A DNA stretch of 64,000 nt from assembly GCF_020745735.1 (NCBI RefSeq), contig NC_083419.1:70944096-71008095 (forward strand), given 5' to 3'. The position numbers and the translations under genes were made by a program. The notes beneath the pieces were generated by a model. The model had not been told where the DNA came from. It did not search any database and worked only from the letters and a program-made list of their open reading frames with translations. Positions 25,376-39,250 of the stretch are shown in pieces (the stretch's first letter is position 1; every line of letters begins with the position of its first letter). The DNA comes from Hemiscyllium ocellatum (lineage: Eukaryota).

Positions 25376-25789
25376 GCTTGGTTCCAGATGGCAGTTTCAC
25401 GGGTTGGCGCGCACTGTGCTTTCTTGCTTACTGCTTTCACTAGTAAACCTATCTGCGAATTTACAGACCCGTATCTGTTGCAAAGATGAAAAGGACTACA
25501 GTTCTACTTAATTACTGTGTGAAACGTTAGGAGTTTATAGTATCCATTTGCCTTACAGGCATCTTACATTTCAAGATTTTCCCTTATCCATGGTGAGGGA
25601 GAGAGACGCTGACTAGAATTTTGTTGTTACTTTGTTATTCGCTAATTAGCTCCAGGGAATTCATCCTGTTTTACATGAATGTTCACAGTTACTTTGCTGT
25701 TTATTTGGAACAGAGAAAAAACGAGTTCAGAATGATTAGGAAATTACAACTTGAGCAGCCATTTTTTAAAAATCTGTTTCTGCTCAAAT

Positions 25790-26620
25790 TATCCAAGTAT
25801 TAACTAACAGTCCATGACTTACAAAGGAATGAATATGCAACTGACAGATTTGCTGATGAGAAAATGAAGGGTTAAAAAAAATAACTAAGAGGACTTTGGG
25901 ATGCTACAGAGAAATATAGGTTAAGTGAGTAGTCAAAGACCTGACAAATAGAGTTTTACGTGCTTAAATGTGAAGTTGTCCATTTGACAGGAAGAAAAGC
26001 AACGGTTTTTTTAAAAGGGGGGAGATTTCATTTAAAAAATCTCTCACTGTAACGCCGTGGGATCAGAGTGTAACAGCACATGAATCACAAAGTGCTAATA
26101 TATAGGTACAGTAAGTAATTAGTAAAGCGAATAAATGTTTTCATTTTATCGCGGGGAATATAAATACAAACGTGGAGAGCACTGGTGAGCCTATATCTTG
26201 AATGCTCTAATTCCTATTGGTCGCCTTGTTTAAGGAAGGAAGTAAATACATTGGAGGCAGTTCGGAAAAATGATGACCAGAACGGTACCTACTGAGTGAC
26301 TTGTCGTACAAAGGAAATTTGGATAGGCTAGGCTTGGGGCAGTTTGTGTTTAGGGGAGGAAGAGGAAACTTGATAGAAAGAAGATGTTTCCTCTGACAGA
26401 AGAGGCGAGAATGAAGGGTTACTGTCTAAACGTCAGTGGTTGTCCTTTTAAAACAGATGAGGTGGTTTGTTTTTCTCTCAAAATGTGGAATATCTGAAAA
26501 ATCATTAAAGCAGAGCTATGGGATATTTTAAAGGCAAAGATAAATAGATTACTGTTGGGGGAGGGGTGGTGGAAGGTTTTCAGGGTAGGCAAGAATGTGG
26601 ATTTAAAGTTACAATTAGAT
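25790..26620 (+). mobile_element. Highly degenerate CR1 RT / 3' fragment
   Basis: FAD-like, KCEVVHL and LEAV remnants. Confidence 0.65.
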
Positions 26621-29600
26621 GAGACATACCCGTGTTGAATATCTAAACCATCCCGGGTTTGTATGGGATGTGGTAGGTTGATTTAAATGCCACATTGGAG
26701 TTTCAATATGAAGTTTCAACAAACATGTTTCTAATGCTGAAATCCTCAATCTTCAGAGATTTTTCCAGGGGTTGAAGTTTTCAAGTGTTTGTTTAAAATC
26801 AATGAATTTGCGCTGTAACACCAATTGCAGATATGAAAACTGTGACATTTCCAAGGCCGAAGAGATTCCAGTAATGAATGAGGTGATCACAAGTTTTAGT
26901 CCAATGTGTGACTTAATTAAGCTGCATCCAGAAGACAACAATGTGAAAGACAATCCATGCCACTTCCTGGAAGTTCTATGGTGGGAATTCTGTATGAGGA
27001 CATGCCAGAGCAATCCAACAAACACCAGCCCACAGCAGCCCCATTAACAAAGTTGCTGTAATATGTCTATAATGTTTGCAGTTTTCTGAAAGATTAGAGA
27101 TTTTATTTGCTTAAAAAATAATTGCATCAATTCAAAACATTCAAAAGTGGTCAGTGGAAAATTGCTTGTCCATTCAATGTTCAGATCTCAGTTTGTAGTT
27201 GAACATTTAGATAGCTGAACTCTGAAACAAGGACAAATATATTGAACAATTAGGGTTCCAACCTCCTCCGCTCCCTTCATTGTGCCTGTGGTGACTTTCA
27301 AATCCCCTTTGAAAGTTTTAAAGAGAAACCTATTGTTTTCCATTGTCCTACTATGTCTGGAAGTTTATCTATTTCACTAAAAGGGTTGATCAAAGAATGT
27401 GATCCTGAATCCCTGAGTATCCAGCAATTTCATACCAGCCGTCAGCCAATTGTGAACACAAGACCTAGTGTTTTTTCATGACTAATTTTAGCTGCGGACA
27501 TTGCGAAGAACCTAGAAACCTAATGTCTCCAGGGACAGTTGCAGTGGTCACAAAGCACTACATTTGCATCCCTAATGCTGGCTTTGTTCCTACAGGTTGA
27601 AGGTCTTATTTAACTAGAACAACAGAAAGTATCCGAATAAAACCCGAGAGAACTGCGAATGCTGTAAATCAGAAAGAAAAACAGAGTTGCTGGAAAAGCC
27701 ATTGCTGGAAAGCATCCAAATCTCTTCAGTGAAATGTTTCCCCTTCCTCAGCCCGGCCCTGAACGGTTTACCTCCCATTGACCTCTCTGGTCTATACTGA
27801 AAGAAAAATCCCTTCTCCCAGACATTCTCTGCCTCGCCCCCTACCTGCGCTCTGCTTTCTTACAAATCAGTTCTGTAAGTTTGACACAAAAAAATCACCA
27901 ACTAATGCAGTCATCCTTCTGCAGTGTGAGCAGTTTAACAAAAGCAGCTGAATAAGAGCTGCAATACTGAATCCAGATCCTTCAGCCATTCCAACAGCTG
28001 GTACATAATTGTAGATGGGGGCAAATGCTGATTTCAGTGACTAAACTTGTCTGTTCAATTATAGGCCTGGTAAACTTGACAGCCTAAACTGCGATGGAGC
28101 TGGCAAACCATGCCTTCCAAATCTCAGGCGGTCACAAAAAAGGATGTTTAATACAATACGTGACCATGATGTTGCTTCATTCCGAGTACAAGAAAGTGAA
28201 AGTAAATTGCTGGTGGGCTAGCAGTTATGGTAAGATAATGTAGGGACTCCTCATGAAAACATCACATGGCAATGCAGAGAACACCATTCCCGACCATAGC
28301 ATGCCTCGCTATTATCTACATTATTCTTTGGGTCAGAGAGGTTTTTTTTCAAAACAGACAGTTTTAGAAGAGAACATCAAAGAAGCTTGAATTCAAAATT
28401 GCTTGCCTTTAAGAATTCAAATTTGGGTTACTTGTCCCTGATCATTTTAGTCTCTTAAAATGAATATATTCAAGAAATGTGTATCCCATCACGCTCTCAC
28501 CCTATCACCAGCTATTGTGTCCATCAAACCTATGAAAGGGGTTGAACAACAAAATCAGTACTGATTGCAGGATCCATCTGGATTGTGAGAAGTTTAACAA
28601 AAGCAGATGAACTCAAGCTGAACTCAATACTGAATCCAGAGTCTTCAGCCATTCAGGCAGCTGGCACTCAGTAGCAGCTGGAGGCAAATGCTAACTTAAG
28701 GACTTAATTTATCTTGTCTAACCAGTTGCAGGAATAGTAAGGTTAACAATCTAAACTGCAAGGGATATGGAAAATATTTCTCCATGATTGTTTGCAATAA
28801 CTAGAAAATATGTTTGATCTTTCGTATAATTCGTATTTCATTTTATAATTTTTTCTCAAAGGCAGTTACTGGAGAACACACAGTTCCTGTGAAGTTATTT
28901 GGATATTTCCTTCTGCATCCAGGAACCATGTAGCAAACCTCATTCCAGGCCCGAGTTACCCCAGTAAGTTTAACACATAAAATATGTGTTACATCCGGAA
29001 GTTGGAAGGTGGTGTTCTTTCTCACACAGTGACATTTGTAGTCATAATTTTATGAATTCTTGTGAAGCCCTGCTGCTTGAATTGAGAGTTGGAGTCAAAG
29101 GTGACGATTGGCAGCACCAAAGGTGGCATGGTACTGACAGTAGCTAATACAGAAGTTGCTGTATGGTCACAAACCATTATTGAAATGGTCTGATCCCAGG
29201 AACTAACAACAACAGTCTAGATTAGAGTGGTGCTGGAAAAGCACAGCAGGTCAGGCAGCATCCAAGGAGCATGAAAATCGACATTTCGGGCAAAAGCCCT
29301 TCATCAGGAATCAACAGAGTGAAGGCAGAGCAGCGACCTTTTCTTTGCTGCCATTAGTGGTGGGTATTGCTGAGCCTGCACTAAAGAGATTTGCCGGCCA
29401 AAACCCACTGTGGGAGTTGAGGAGCTCTATTATTCACAACTCAGACTGCCATGAGTGGCTCTCAGTTGATGACTTCATTTGCCCCCCCACTGATAGGATA
29501 ACATCATGGTGCAGAAGGGAGGTGGGCTTTCCTCCTGAACTCCCCTCCACTTGGTCTGACTCGTGATAATCTTGGCAAATGCCAGTTGACTTGGAAAATT

Positions 29601-30122
29601 CAGCCCTATATGTACAGACAGTACCAAAGGTCTTCATTGGAGACATTGGAAAATTGGGGCCTACTCTCTATTTGGGTCTAGAGCTCTTTAGTTAAGACAT
29701 TGTAACAAGAATAAAGCATTGAAGAAATGGAGTTGTTACATCATATCTCCCTTTCTTTGCTTCCACACTCCAGCCTCACTATCTTGTCTTGCAAACAGCC
29801 AATAAAGCTTTTGGGGAAATAAATCACCATCGACTGTAATTGTGTCTTGAAGTGGTTTTACAAAACCAGCTGTCAATGGCAAGAAATACTTACTCAATTT
29901 TTCACATTAATAATGATTTTATTGTGCATGTGGATGTTTGCTTAAAATGACTGAACAGCACTTTTCTGACCATTTGCAGATCACCTGACAGCCCAAAGTA
30001 CAAGGTCAATGGAAAACTCTACACTCCAAAGTCTATCATGAGAAAAGTAAGTTTGAAACCAATATGTGATTAATGTTTTGCTTCATTCAGAGTACAAAAA
30101 ATAGAAAGGAAGTATAAGAAGA

Positions 30123-30535
30123 TCATATGAGGAAAGGCTGAGGCACTTGGGGCTGTTCTCATTGGAGAAAAGAAGGTTTAGGGGAGATTTGATAGAGGTG
30201 TACAAGATGATTAGGGGTTTAGATAGGGTTGACAGTGAGAACCTTTTTCCGCTAATGGAGTCAGCTGTTATTAGGGGACACAGCTTTAAATTAAGGGGTG
30301 GTAGGTATAGGACAGATGTTAGGGGTAGACTTTTTACTCAGCGGGTTGTGAGTTCATGGAATGCCCTGCCAATAGCAGTGGTGGACTCTCCCTCTTTATG
30401 GTCATTTAAGCGGGCATTGGATAAGCATATGGGGGTTATTGGGCTAGTGTAGGTTAGGTAGGCTTCGGTCGGCGCAACATCGAGGGCCAAAGGGCCTGTA
30501 CTGCGCTGTATTTTTCTATGTTCTATGTTCTATGT
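30123..30535 (+). mobile_element. Young 5'-truncated CR1 3' end (same subfamily as 12863-16478)
   Basis: LFSLEKRRFRGDLIEVYKMIRGLDRVD, plus (TTCTATG)n tail. Confidence 0.92.
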
Positions 30536-33500
30536 TACTGGTGAGTTGGCAGTTACTGTAAAGTATCGTTGGGACTTTTCAGGAAACGTCACACAGCAGT
30601 GCAGGGAATATCACTCCAGACAAGAGTGTTTGCATCACTGCCTCTCTGTTACCTGTATCATTATGAGGGCTTCAGAATTTTTTTTCAAAAATATTTTTTT
30701 AGGATTGGACATCAAAGACACTTCATTGGAAGTTAGCTTGCATTTTGTTGTTGAAGTTTCTAAACTCTGAATATAACTATATTCAAGAACTGTCTCTAAT
30801 TATCACCAGCAACAGTATTTTTCAAATCCTTGAAATGTTTTGAAGAACAAATTCACCATCTATTGCAGTCACCCATCTGGAGAGTGACCAGTTTCACACA
30901 AATGGCTGAATGCAGGCTGCAGTCCTGAATCCAGAATCTTCAGTCTTTCAAACAGCTGTCCCACAATTGTGGGATGGAGGCAAAAGCTCATTTAAATAAA
31001 TTAATTTATCTATTATCACCAATTGCAGGCATTTTAAGTGTGAAAATCCAAACTGCGATGGAAATGAAACTTATAGTCTGTCATGAACAACTGGAGAAAT
31101 TAAAGTGTCAATTTGATCCAAACTTCAATTTAATTACTGATTAATATTGTATTTGGAATAAAGGTTCTTGCTGGAGAACCAGCAATTCCTGTGAAGTTAT
31201 GTAGGCATTTCCTTCTGCCTACATGCAGGAATAATATCAAATACCCTATTCCAGGCCATAGTTAGCACATTAGGGAATCTGCTGGGCTCTGCCTCCCAAG
31301 TGTGTGTTTTTCCTAGAAGTTAGATTGTGGTGTTATTTTTAAACAAGACTTTTGCAGTAATACTGTTGTGAATTGTGGTGGAGCCCTGCTGTTTGGAATG
31401 AGAGCTGGAGCCAGTGCTGCTGTGAATGATGGCACCACTAATATTGGCATGCTGCTGATGTGGCCTGATCAGGAAGCTGTTGCTGGGTCACTATTCCAAG
31501 AATGAAATGGCCCAATCTAAAGAGGTAATGGTGTAATTGGAACGAAAACAGAGTGGCAAACCTTTCTGTGCCACCATTAATGTTTGCAATTGCTGAGCCA
31601 ATAGCCATTGATGAGGAAAGTTCAATCCTGTGTGTAGAGCCAGTATACAAAGCTCTTCACTGGAGAAATTGGTCAGTTTGTTGCTGTTCTATAACTGCCC
31701 TAAGCTCTTTATCTGAGACTTTTATAGACTATGCAACCCATGTAAAGTATTGAAGGAATGGGTTTGTGACATCCTTCATTTCCATGTTCCAGCCTGCCTG
31801 TCAGTGGCTTGAGATCCTGACACTCCTATTCAAGTTTCTAACAATGTTTTTATTCTGAACGTAAATGTTTGCTTAAATTGACTTAATAGCACTTGATGAC
31901 CATTTGCAGCTCTGAAAATGTCACCTGCTGAAAGTGCAAGGGAGCTGGTGATCCTGGTTCTCCAGAAACTGAGGTCATTGAAAAGTAAGCTGTATACAAG
32001 GTGTTACTGTCTACTAAAAGCCAGCAGGTCTGGCTGTATCTGTGGAGAGAAAGCAGAGTTAATGTTTTTAGTTGAATGACTCATGTTCAGAACTTCAGAT
32101 CTCTCTGAAGAAGGGTCACAACTCAATGTGAACTCTGCTTTCTCTCCACAGATACTGCAAAATATGTTGAGTTTCTCCAGCAACCTCTGTATTTCTTTCA
32201 GATTGTCAACTTCCACAGTTTGTTCATTCACATTAAAGAAATTACTGACTGGTATATAATCTTTGCTCTATCATTAATGTGGTAAAAAGACATTTTCGGT
32301 GGAAGCTTGCAGTTAATGCAGCAGACCTGATGCTGGGACTGAAACCTGGAGGCTTTGGCCTATGCCAAGGGTGGTATGTTGCCAGTAGTGGCCAATGAAG
32401 AGATTCTTGCCAGGGTTACTCATCAGTTGATAGTGCGGCTTAGTTTCAAGATCTGCTAGTCCAGTAAGAGGGAGGACAGATCAGCACATGAGTGAGCCCT
32501 ATTAATCATACTGACCATTGCTGAGACGGCAAAGGTGGGCGCAATCAGGGAAATGAGGGAGGCAGGCCTGACAGCTCATGGGGAGTCAAGATGTCAAAGA
32601 GAACTGGTTTATGTCAGCATGGCTTAGCAATGGGAAGGTGCCAGACTCCCTCTCTGTCATTTTACCAATTCTCCCACCTCCCAGTTATTTGCCAGTGAAT
32701 AATTTACCATGCATTAACACACAGTCTTTAATTCAATATTTCTTGCCCTTCAATGTTCAGGTCATCAGTTGTTCATTTCTAAGCAATGAGGGTAGACATA
32801 TTGAAGATATTGACTACTTAACTCTTTGCTTGCCAATGCTATTGCATGGCCCACCTCCCCTCACCCTGTTCCTCAAAAACGAACAGACCATGGTGTGCTG
32901 CAAACCTGTGCGAAAGTTGAAAAAATCAGCAGATACTGCAGTTATATCATTAGAAAATGACTTTTTAACAAAAAAAGTTTCTGTAAGATTTCTGTAGGAA
33001 ATTCCTCTTGAAAACATCTCCCAGTGCTATAACAAACACCACCATTCCAGATCACAGCCTCTCCCAGTATGTGCATTATTCCTGATGATTCAGAATGATT
33101 CCTCTTTTTAAAAAAATGCTGTAAAAACTCAATCGAGCCTTTTGATCTTCATGTTTTCATAAGATGCAAGTCATTTATTGGTGTAAGTCCTTTGTTTAAT
33201 TTGTGCTTCATGAGGACTTGTGGCTGGGGACATTTTGATTGTCAGGAGGATGGGAATCAAAGTTTGCCAGACTTGAGTACAACCACGAGGAAGCAAGTTT
33301 GATTTGATCGGATTTTGATGCGGTTTAATTATGTTTCGTTTGCAATACAGCTGTGTGAAAAGGGAATGTTGGAGAACCATTGATTCCTTCAAAATGTTTC
33401 GTGCGATGCAATGAATGCCAGTCCAGACACCAGCAGCCACAGTAAGGAGGCTGCTGGACTGCCTCCCTGAGAGTTTAATATTAGAGACAGAGTTTTCTTA

Positions 33501-34981
33501 AACAATAGTACCAACATTGAAGAATCCAAAACGCTGAGATGGGAAATTGCTTGCTGATCAATATTGAGGTTCCATTTCTGGACAATGCAGCCAGAGTGAA
33601 AAAACTGAAGAAATGGCTCCTCTCCTTCACCCCACCTCATTGTTTCTCTTTCCTCTTGTCGTCACCACCTCCCCGACTCCAAACTTCCTCCAAATTCATT
33701 GCCGTGGTGAAAGTTTGGCTCCAATTAAGAGTGTGACCTGCTCCTGGTCTCCTAGCCTTGGAATATCTCCATTGAATACTTTGCACTTTTTATAATCTAT
33801 GCTGGCCAGCTGGCATGTATATCCATGGAGTCAGGCATTTTCCCAGTTAATGGCTATTTGTTTAAATCAAGCTTATAAAGTGTTTTTATGGTTAATATAA
33901 TAGAGGCAACATCACATCCACACTGTTTCACTGATGTCATCAATTAATCGAAGCCAAAATACTGAGGTCATTACACTGCTCTGGGTCAGAGACCTGTAAT
34001 TACTCCTGGGTTTATTATGGCCAGATCTTTCATTAAACATAGAATTATTAAAGCAGCAGAAAAGTAAAAGGAATAAAATTCTCTTTTCAGCAGAACAGCC
34101 AATACTGACTAATATGACATGCACCTTCAGTGAATTTGAGCAATGAGAAATTACTACATTACGTTCTGAATCAAACATTGAGTTACAAGTTGTGCTCTTC
34201 AGGGTTAAATTAGCAATAGTTTATAAAGAACTTGAGCTTCTTTTTCCAAGATAACGAAGTTAAACTTAAATCCTTGCATTTGGGATGTTTTCCCTCCATC
34301 TCAGTACAGAGAATCTTCGTTTGACCTCTTTACTCCCCAGCCACCAGCTCCTGCCCTCACAGCCAAAAATCTGGATGTTGATAAGGAGTACCGAATATTA
34401 ACTTTGTGATCATGCACATATTTAAAATGTTGTAACTGGTACTTTATGACCAGTTGCAGCTGTGAAAATGTTGATAGGTCACCCTGTGAAGTAGGTGGAA
34501 ACCTCAAATTGTCGGAAACTAAGTGGTAAGTAAGTTTGGTCTGATATCAGATTAAACTTGCTGTGTATTTGGGATCCAATAATATGAAAGGGAGCTGCTG
34601 GCAGTTGTTCTAAGATTATTTCAGGATTGCCTCAGGAAGGCATCAACCCAGGCTACAGCAATTTCAGAAAACAACTACTAGACTGGTTCTGAAATGTTTG
34701 GCTTATTTTGAGAGAGTAGACAATGTTGAATCAGCATAAAACATCCAAAGGTTTTTAATGGTCAGTTGGATGTTGCTTGTCTTTCAGTGTGAAGGTCTTG
34801 CATGGCCCACAAACAGCTACAACCAAGGGTGACAGACTGAAGAAATGGTTTTCTCTTCTTTTTATTCTGTACTGTCTCTTCCACACCCCAACCCCAGGCA
34901 TTGCCTCATTGTGATGTCCTGTAGACATCCTGTGGAAGTGAAAGGAACCTTATACCAACACGACCATCTTACACAGTCATT

Positions 34982-35068
34982 CCTGATGAAGGGCTCTTGC
35001 CTGAAACATTGATTTTCCTCTTTGGATGCTGCCTGACTTGCTGTGCTTTTTCAGCATTACTCTAATCT
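34982..35068 (+). mobile_element. About 87-bp solo PLE pLTR mini-insertion starting at the hammerhead core, with a 13-bp TSD
   Basis: cctgatgaagggctcttgcctgaaacattg...; TSD ttacacagtcatt (34969-34981) / ttacaaagtcatt (35069-35081). Confidence 0.75.
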
Positions 35069-35712
35069 TTACAAAGTCATTGACTAACTTAAGAAAACTA
35101 GTTGACCAGGCTTGAAATACTGAATCTCAAGTCTGATTTTTTTTTGTTAAGTTGCTTTGGACTTAATTCTGGATAAGATTACTAATGTTAAATGCCTTAA
35201 TTTGTGCTCTTTGATCAATTACTATTCTGGAAACATTGTCAGTACAAACGGTGAGGAAAATAGGAATGCAGGTTCTCCAGGATCAAGTGAAGTGTTTGCA
35301 AAGTAACTTTAGTTCCATGCATGACTAAGTTCGTCATATTTCAGAATATAGCAAACGTTTAGAAAATAGCTGGAGAGCTGGTAGTCTGTACAATGTCATA
35401 CAACTGTCAATGGTAACAGCTCGGAGGCAGTGATTTGATTATGTTTGTACCAGCTCTCAAATAGGAACTTGCCTACATTCACTCCCAAGTCTCTCTACTA
35501 AGTACTACTGCAAAACGTCTCCTTCAGAAATTTGTAGCTCCCTTTTGAAGACCTTAGTTGAAGCTGTCTCCACTACTACTATATTAAGCAGAGCATTCCA
35601 GTTCTGAACTATGTTATTTTAAACAAAAACCAACCAAACTGTTATTTTTCTTTTGCTGATCATCTTAAATCAGTGTCCTTTTATTGTCAAGTCTTTTTTT
35701 AAATAGAACCCC

Positions 35713-35986
35713 TACAGTGTGGAAAGAGGCCATTTGGCTCAACAAGTCCACACCAACCCTCCAAAGAGTAGCCCATCCAGATGCATTCCCCTACATTTAC
35801 CCCTGATAAATGCACCTAACCTACACATCAATGAACTGTGGGCAAGTTAGCATGGCCTGCACAGCCGGAGGAAAGCCATGCAGACACGGGGAGAATGTGC
35901 AAACTCCACACAGACGGCCACCTGAGACTGGTATCAAACCCAGGGCTCTGGCCCTGTGAGGCAGTCGTGCTAACTACTGAGCCACC
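35713..35986 (-). mobile_element. HE1-type SINE
   Basis: Reverse complement of the SINE head, core and tail. Confidence 0.85.
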
Positions 35987-36339
35987 AATTGTTTGTTTGT
36001 TCTTACCTGCTCTATCCAAATCCCTCATGATTTTGACCACATGTAAACTGTCTTCTTCATCGTCTCTTCTCTATAAAGAGCAGCCCTTGCTTCTTCAAAC
36101 TTTCCACATATTTGTCCAGTTGCTCATCTCAAGAATCTTTTGTGCATCCTCTCAAATCCCTTCCTGAAGCATGCTGCATAAATAGTGGATATGAGGGAAA
36201 AGTGGGATGTTTTATAACCATTTATCATAACTTTCATATTTTGCATGCGAAGGTCCTATTTATAAAGTTCAGAATCCTAATAATTTCTTCAACCTGCAGT
36301 CCCATCTTCATAATATGCGTGCACACACAATATGTGTAA

Positions 36340-39250
36340 AAGATATTAAATATCAGATTGGGGTCATTTAGGGAAGCAAAGATTTTAGCTTGGGTATAAA
36401 ATGCACAAGGAACAATCCAGAAAAATTCTGAATTGGAGGATGGCCGATTTCAATGCAGCAAGAGGACATTTGCAGCAAGTACATTTGAGCATAAGTTTGG
36501 GCAAAACTGCAATGAAACAGTCTGCCTTCCAAGGGGAGATTGTTCATCTACAGTCTTAGTGTTTCCACAAGCAGGAAATGGTGGCAAAAACAAAACTCTA
36601 ATTCCCTGCATGATGTAACAAAGGATGAGGATTATTGATAACCTTAGTGAGAACCGAACTACATATAGGCAGTTCAGAGGGGAAGTGAAGAAGGAAATGA
36701 AACTGGCAACTAACATTAAACGGGAATCCAAAAGTCATCATTAGTCATGAACAATGAAAAGGTAGCTAAAGAATGAGTGGAAATGTTTTCTCTGTACCTT
36801 CTCTGATCAAAACATTTCATAATTTTAGAAGCGTCAGCCTTCTTTTCAAGAGAGAACTGAGCAGCATGACATTTCTTCCTTGGTATACACAGCCAGAAAC
36901 TTGTGTATCATTCTTAGAAATCTTCTCTTCACTCTGTCTCGTGCTACTGTATCCATTCTATAGCATGCCAACTGAAACTGCAGGCAATACTCTCAATTAT
37001 TGTTAACCAAATTTTTATAGGGACCCTACTTTCAAATGTAACCTTTTAGAGATAAAGCTTTGAGCTTTGTTTGTGTCTTTCTGGCCTGCAGAACTTGTGG
37101 TGAAATTGTTAGTGACTGATATAATTGTCTCTTTATCACAAAAACGATCCCTTAGTTCGTCTCCCCGACTTAGATGTGCATCTTCGAATAAGTGGCCTGC
37201 ACATTATTCCTACCAAGACGTAACACCTTACATTTATCTGTGTGGAACTTCATTTGCTAATTATTTGACCATCCTGTAAATTAATTAATGACCTCTTGCA
37301 ACTTCTTGCAGTCCTCAAAGTTGACTATCTTATCACATTTCTCTTCCAATTTGATGTCATTGAATTGCTTTTTTTTTGTAATAATGAGAGACAATATTTA
37401 ATTTGCATTTTTATTTTATTTTGAATTTTTAGTTAAGTACATAGGGAGGTGCAGTAGTCCTCATGGTAACTATGACAATTGAATGTAGAATGATGGATAG
37501 ATGAAATTATTACAAACACAGGGATAATTAATAGGCTCAATTAGCTGCAAGGTCAAAGCAGGAATTTTTTTTCCATGAATCATATGGTGAGGTTATCCAT
37601 AGTGCAATTATTTTTTGTCCATTTCCTTTTTTGTTGTAGTTTATCTCCCCGTGTCTTTCTGTGCTCCTGGTATCAAATTAAAAAGGCACCCATCCATGAT
37701 TTTAAACCAACTGCTATGAAAATAAAGCAGCATTTGTATAAAATGTAGCATGATCTATGAAGCCATCCCTCTTGGCTGTTACATATTCATAGCCACATAC
37801 ATTAATATAGGAAGAGGCTGAATAGGCTGGGGCTGGTTTCCCTGGAAGCTGAGGAGTGACTTTATAAAGGTTTATAAAATCATGAGGAGCATAGATACGG
37901 TAAACAGACAAGGTCTTTTCCCTGGGGTGGGCGAGTCCAGAACTTGAGAGTATAGGATTATAGTGAGAAGGGAAAAAGCTGAATGGACCTAAGGGGCAAC
38001 TTTTCATGGAGAGTATGGTGTGTATGGAATGAGCTGCCAGAGGAAGTGGCGGAGACTGGTGCAATTACAACATTTAGAAGACATCTGGATGGGTATATGG
38101 ATAAGAAGGATTTAGAGAGATATGGGCCAAGTACTGGCATATGGGAAGAGATTAGTTAGGATATCTGGTCAGCATGGACGAGTGAGACCAAAGGGTTTGT
38201 TTCCATTTTGCACATCTCTATGACTCTATTCCTTTGCTCTTTGGATTGTCCTTTCCATTATCTACCAAGGCTATCCAATATTCCTTTTCTTCCCTCCTCA
38301 TTTCCCTCTTTAGAATGTCCCTACACCTCTTGTATTCTTCAAGAGATTCATTTGATCCCAGTTATCTATGTCTAATATATATTTCCTTCTTATTCTTAAC
38401 CAGACCCTCAATATCTTTATTCCTCCAGTGTTCCCTCCTCTTTCAAGCCTTACCTTCACTTCAATGGGAACATAATGGTGGGCGGCACGGTGGCACAGTG
38501 GTTAGCACTGCTGCCTCACAGCGCCTGTAGACCCGGGTTCAATTCCCGACTCAGGCGACTGACTGTGTGGAGTTTGCATGTTCTCCCCGTGTCTGCGTGG
38601 GTTTCCTCCGGGTGTTCCGGTTTCCTCCCACAGTCACAAAGATGTGCAGGTCAGGTGAATTGGCCATGCTAAATTGCCCATAGTGTTAGGTAAGGGGTAA
38701 TGTAGGGGTATGGGTGGGTTGTGCTTCGGCGGGTCGGTGTGGACTTGTTGGACCGAAGGGCCTGTTTCCACACTGTAAGTCTAATCTAGTCTAATCTAAT
38801 AATGCCTCTGAACTCTCGTTATCTTATTTCTGAAAGCTTCCCACTTGCTGGCCAACACTTTAGCTGCAAACAGTCTACTTCAATTAACCCTTGAAAGTTT
38901 GTGTCTCATACTATCAACATTTGCCCAAGTCCAATTAAGAACTTTATCTTGTAAACAATGCCAATCCTTTCCGTAGATACTTTGCAACTAATCAAATTAT
39001 TATCCCTGGCACCAAACTGTTCCACTACTGACACTTCAGTCGCTTGCCCTGCCATATGTCACAAGAGTAGGTCAGGATTTGCTCCTTCTGTGGTAGTTAC
39101 ATCGACATATTAATGAGGAAACTTTTCTTGAACACTTAACAAATTTGTCTGCATCCAAGCTATTAAGACCATGGCTGTTTTATACTTGTCAACCATCTGT
39201 AATTGGGTGTTAGCCGTTTCAGAATGTAGGTTGTTTTATTGTGGATGTTC
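36340..39250. mobile_element. Patchwork of old CR1 fragments in both orientations
   Basis: CR1 3' end on plus at 37720-38230 (GDFIKVYKIMR, WNELPEEV). ORF2 fragments on minus at 38230-39250. Further remnants at 36340-37350. Confidence 0.7.
38478..38798 (+). mobile_element. Full-length HE1-type SINE with putative TSD ataatg
   Basis: Complete head, core and tail; ataatg at 38472-38477 and 38799-38804. Confidence 0.92.

Larger units (their letters stand above)
27900..35310 (+). repeat. Old tandem array of diverged modules, interrupted by TEs
   Basis: Motif actgaatccaga..cttcag at about 27965, 28637 and 30923; motif ttcctgtgaagttat..ttccttctg at about 28884 and 31185; motif tgacca(t/g)ttgcag at 29967, 31897 and 34447. 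Confidence 0.7.

Noticed and set aside
26753-27047. Overlapping 90-91 aa ORFs in unique DNA
   Set aside because: No recognisable domain or splice context; the length is within chance.
28843-29025. AWNEV..CRRK..NFTG resembling a Tigger/pogo transposase C-terminus
   Set aside because: It needs several gaps, and I saw no TIRs or DDE core.
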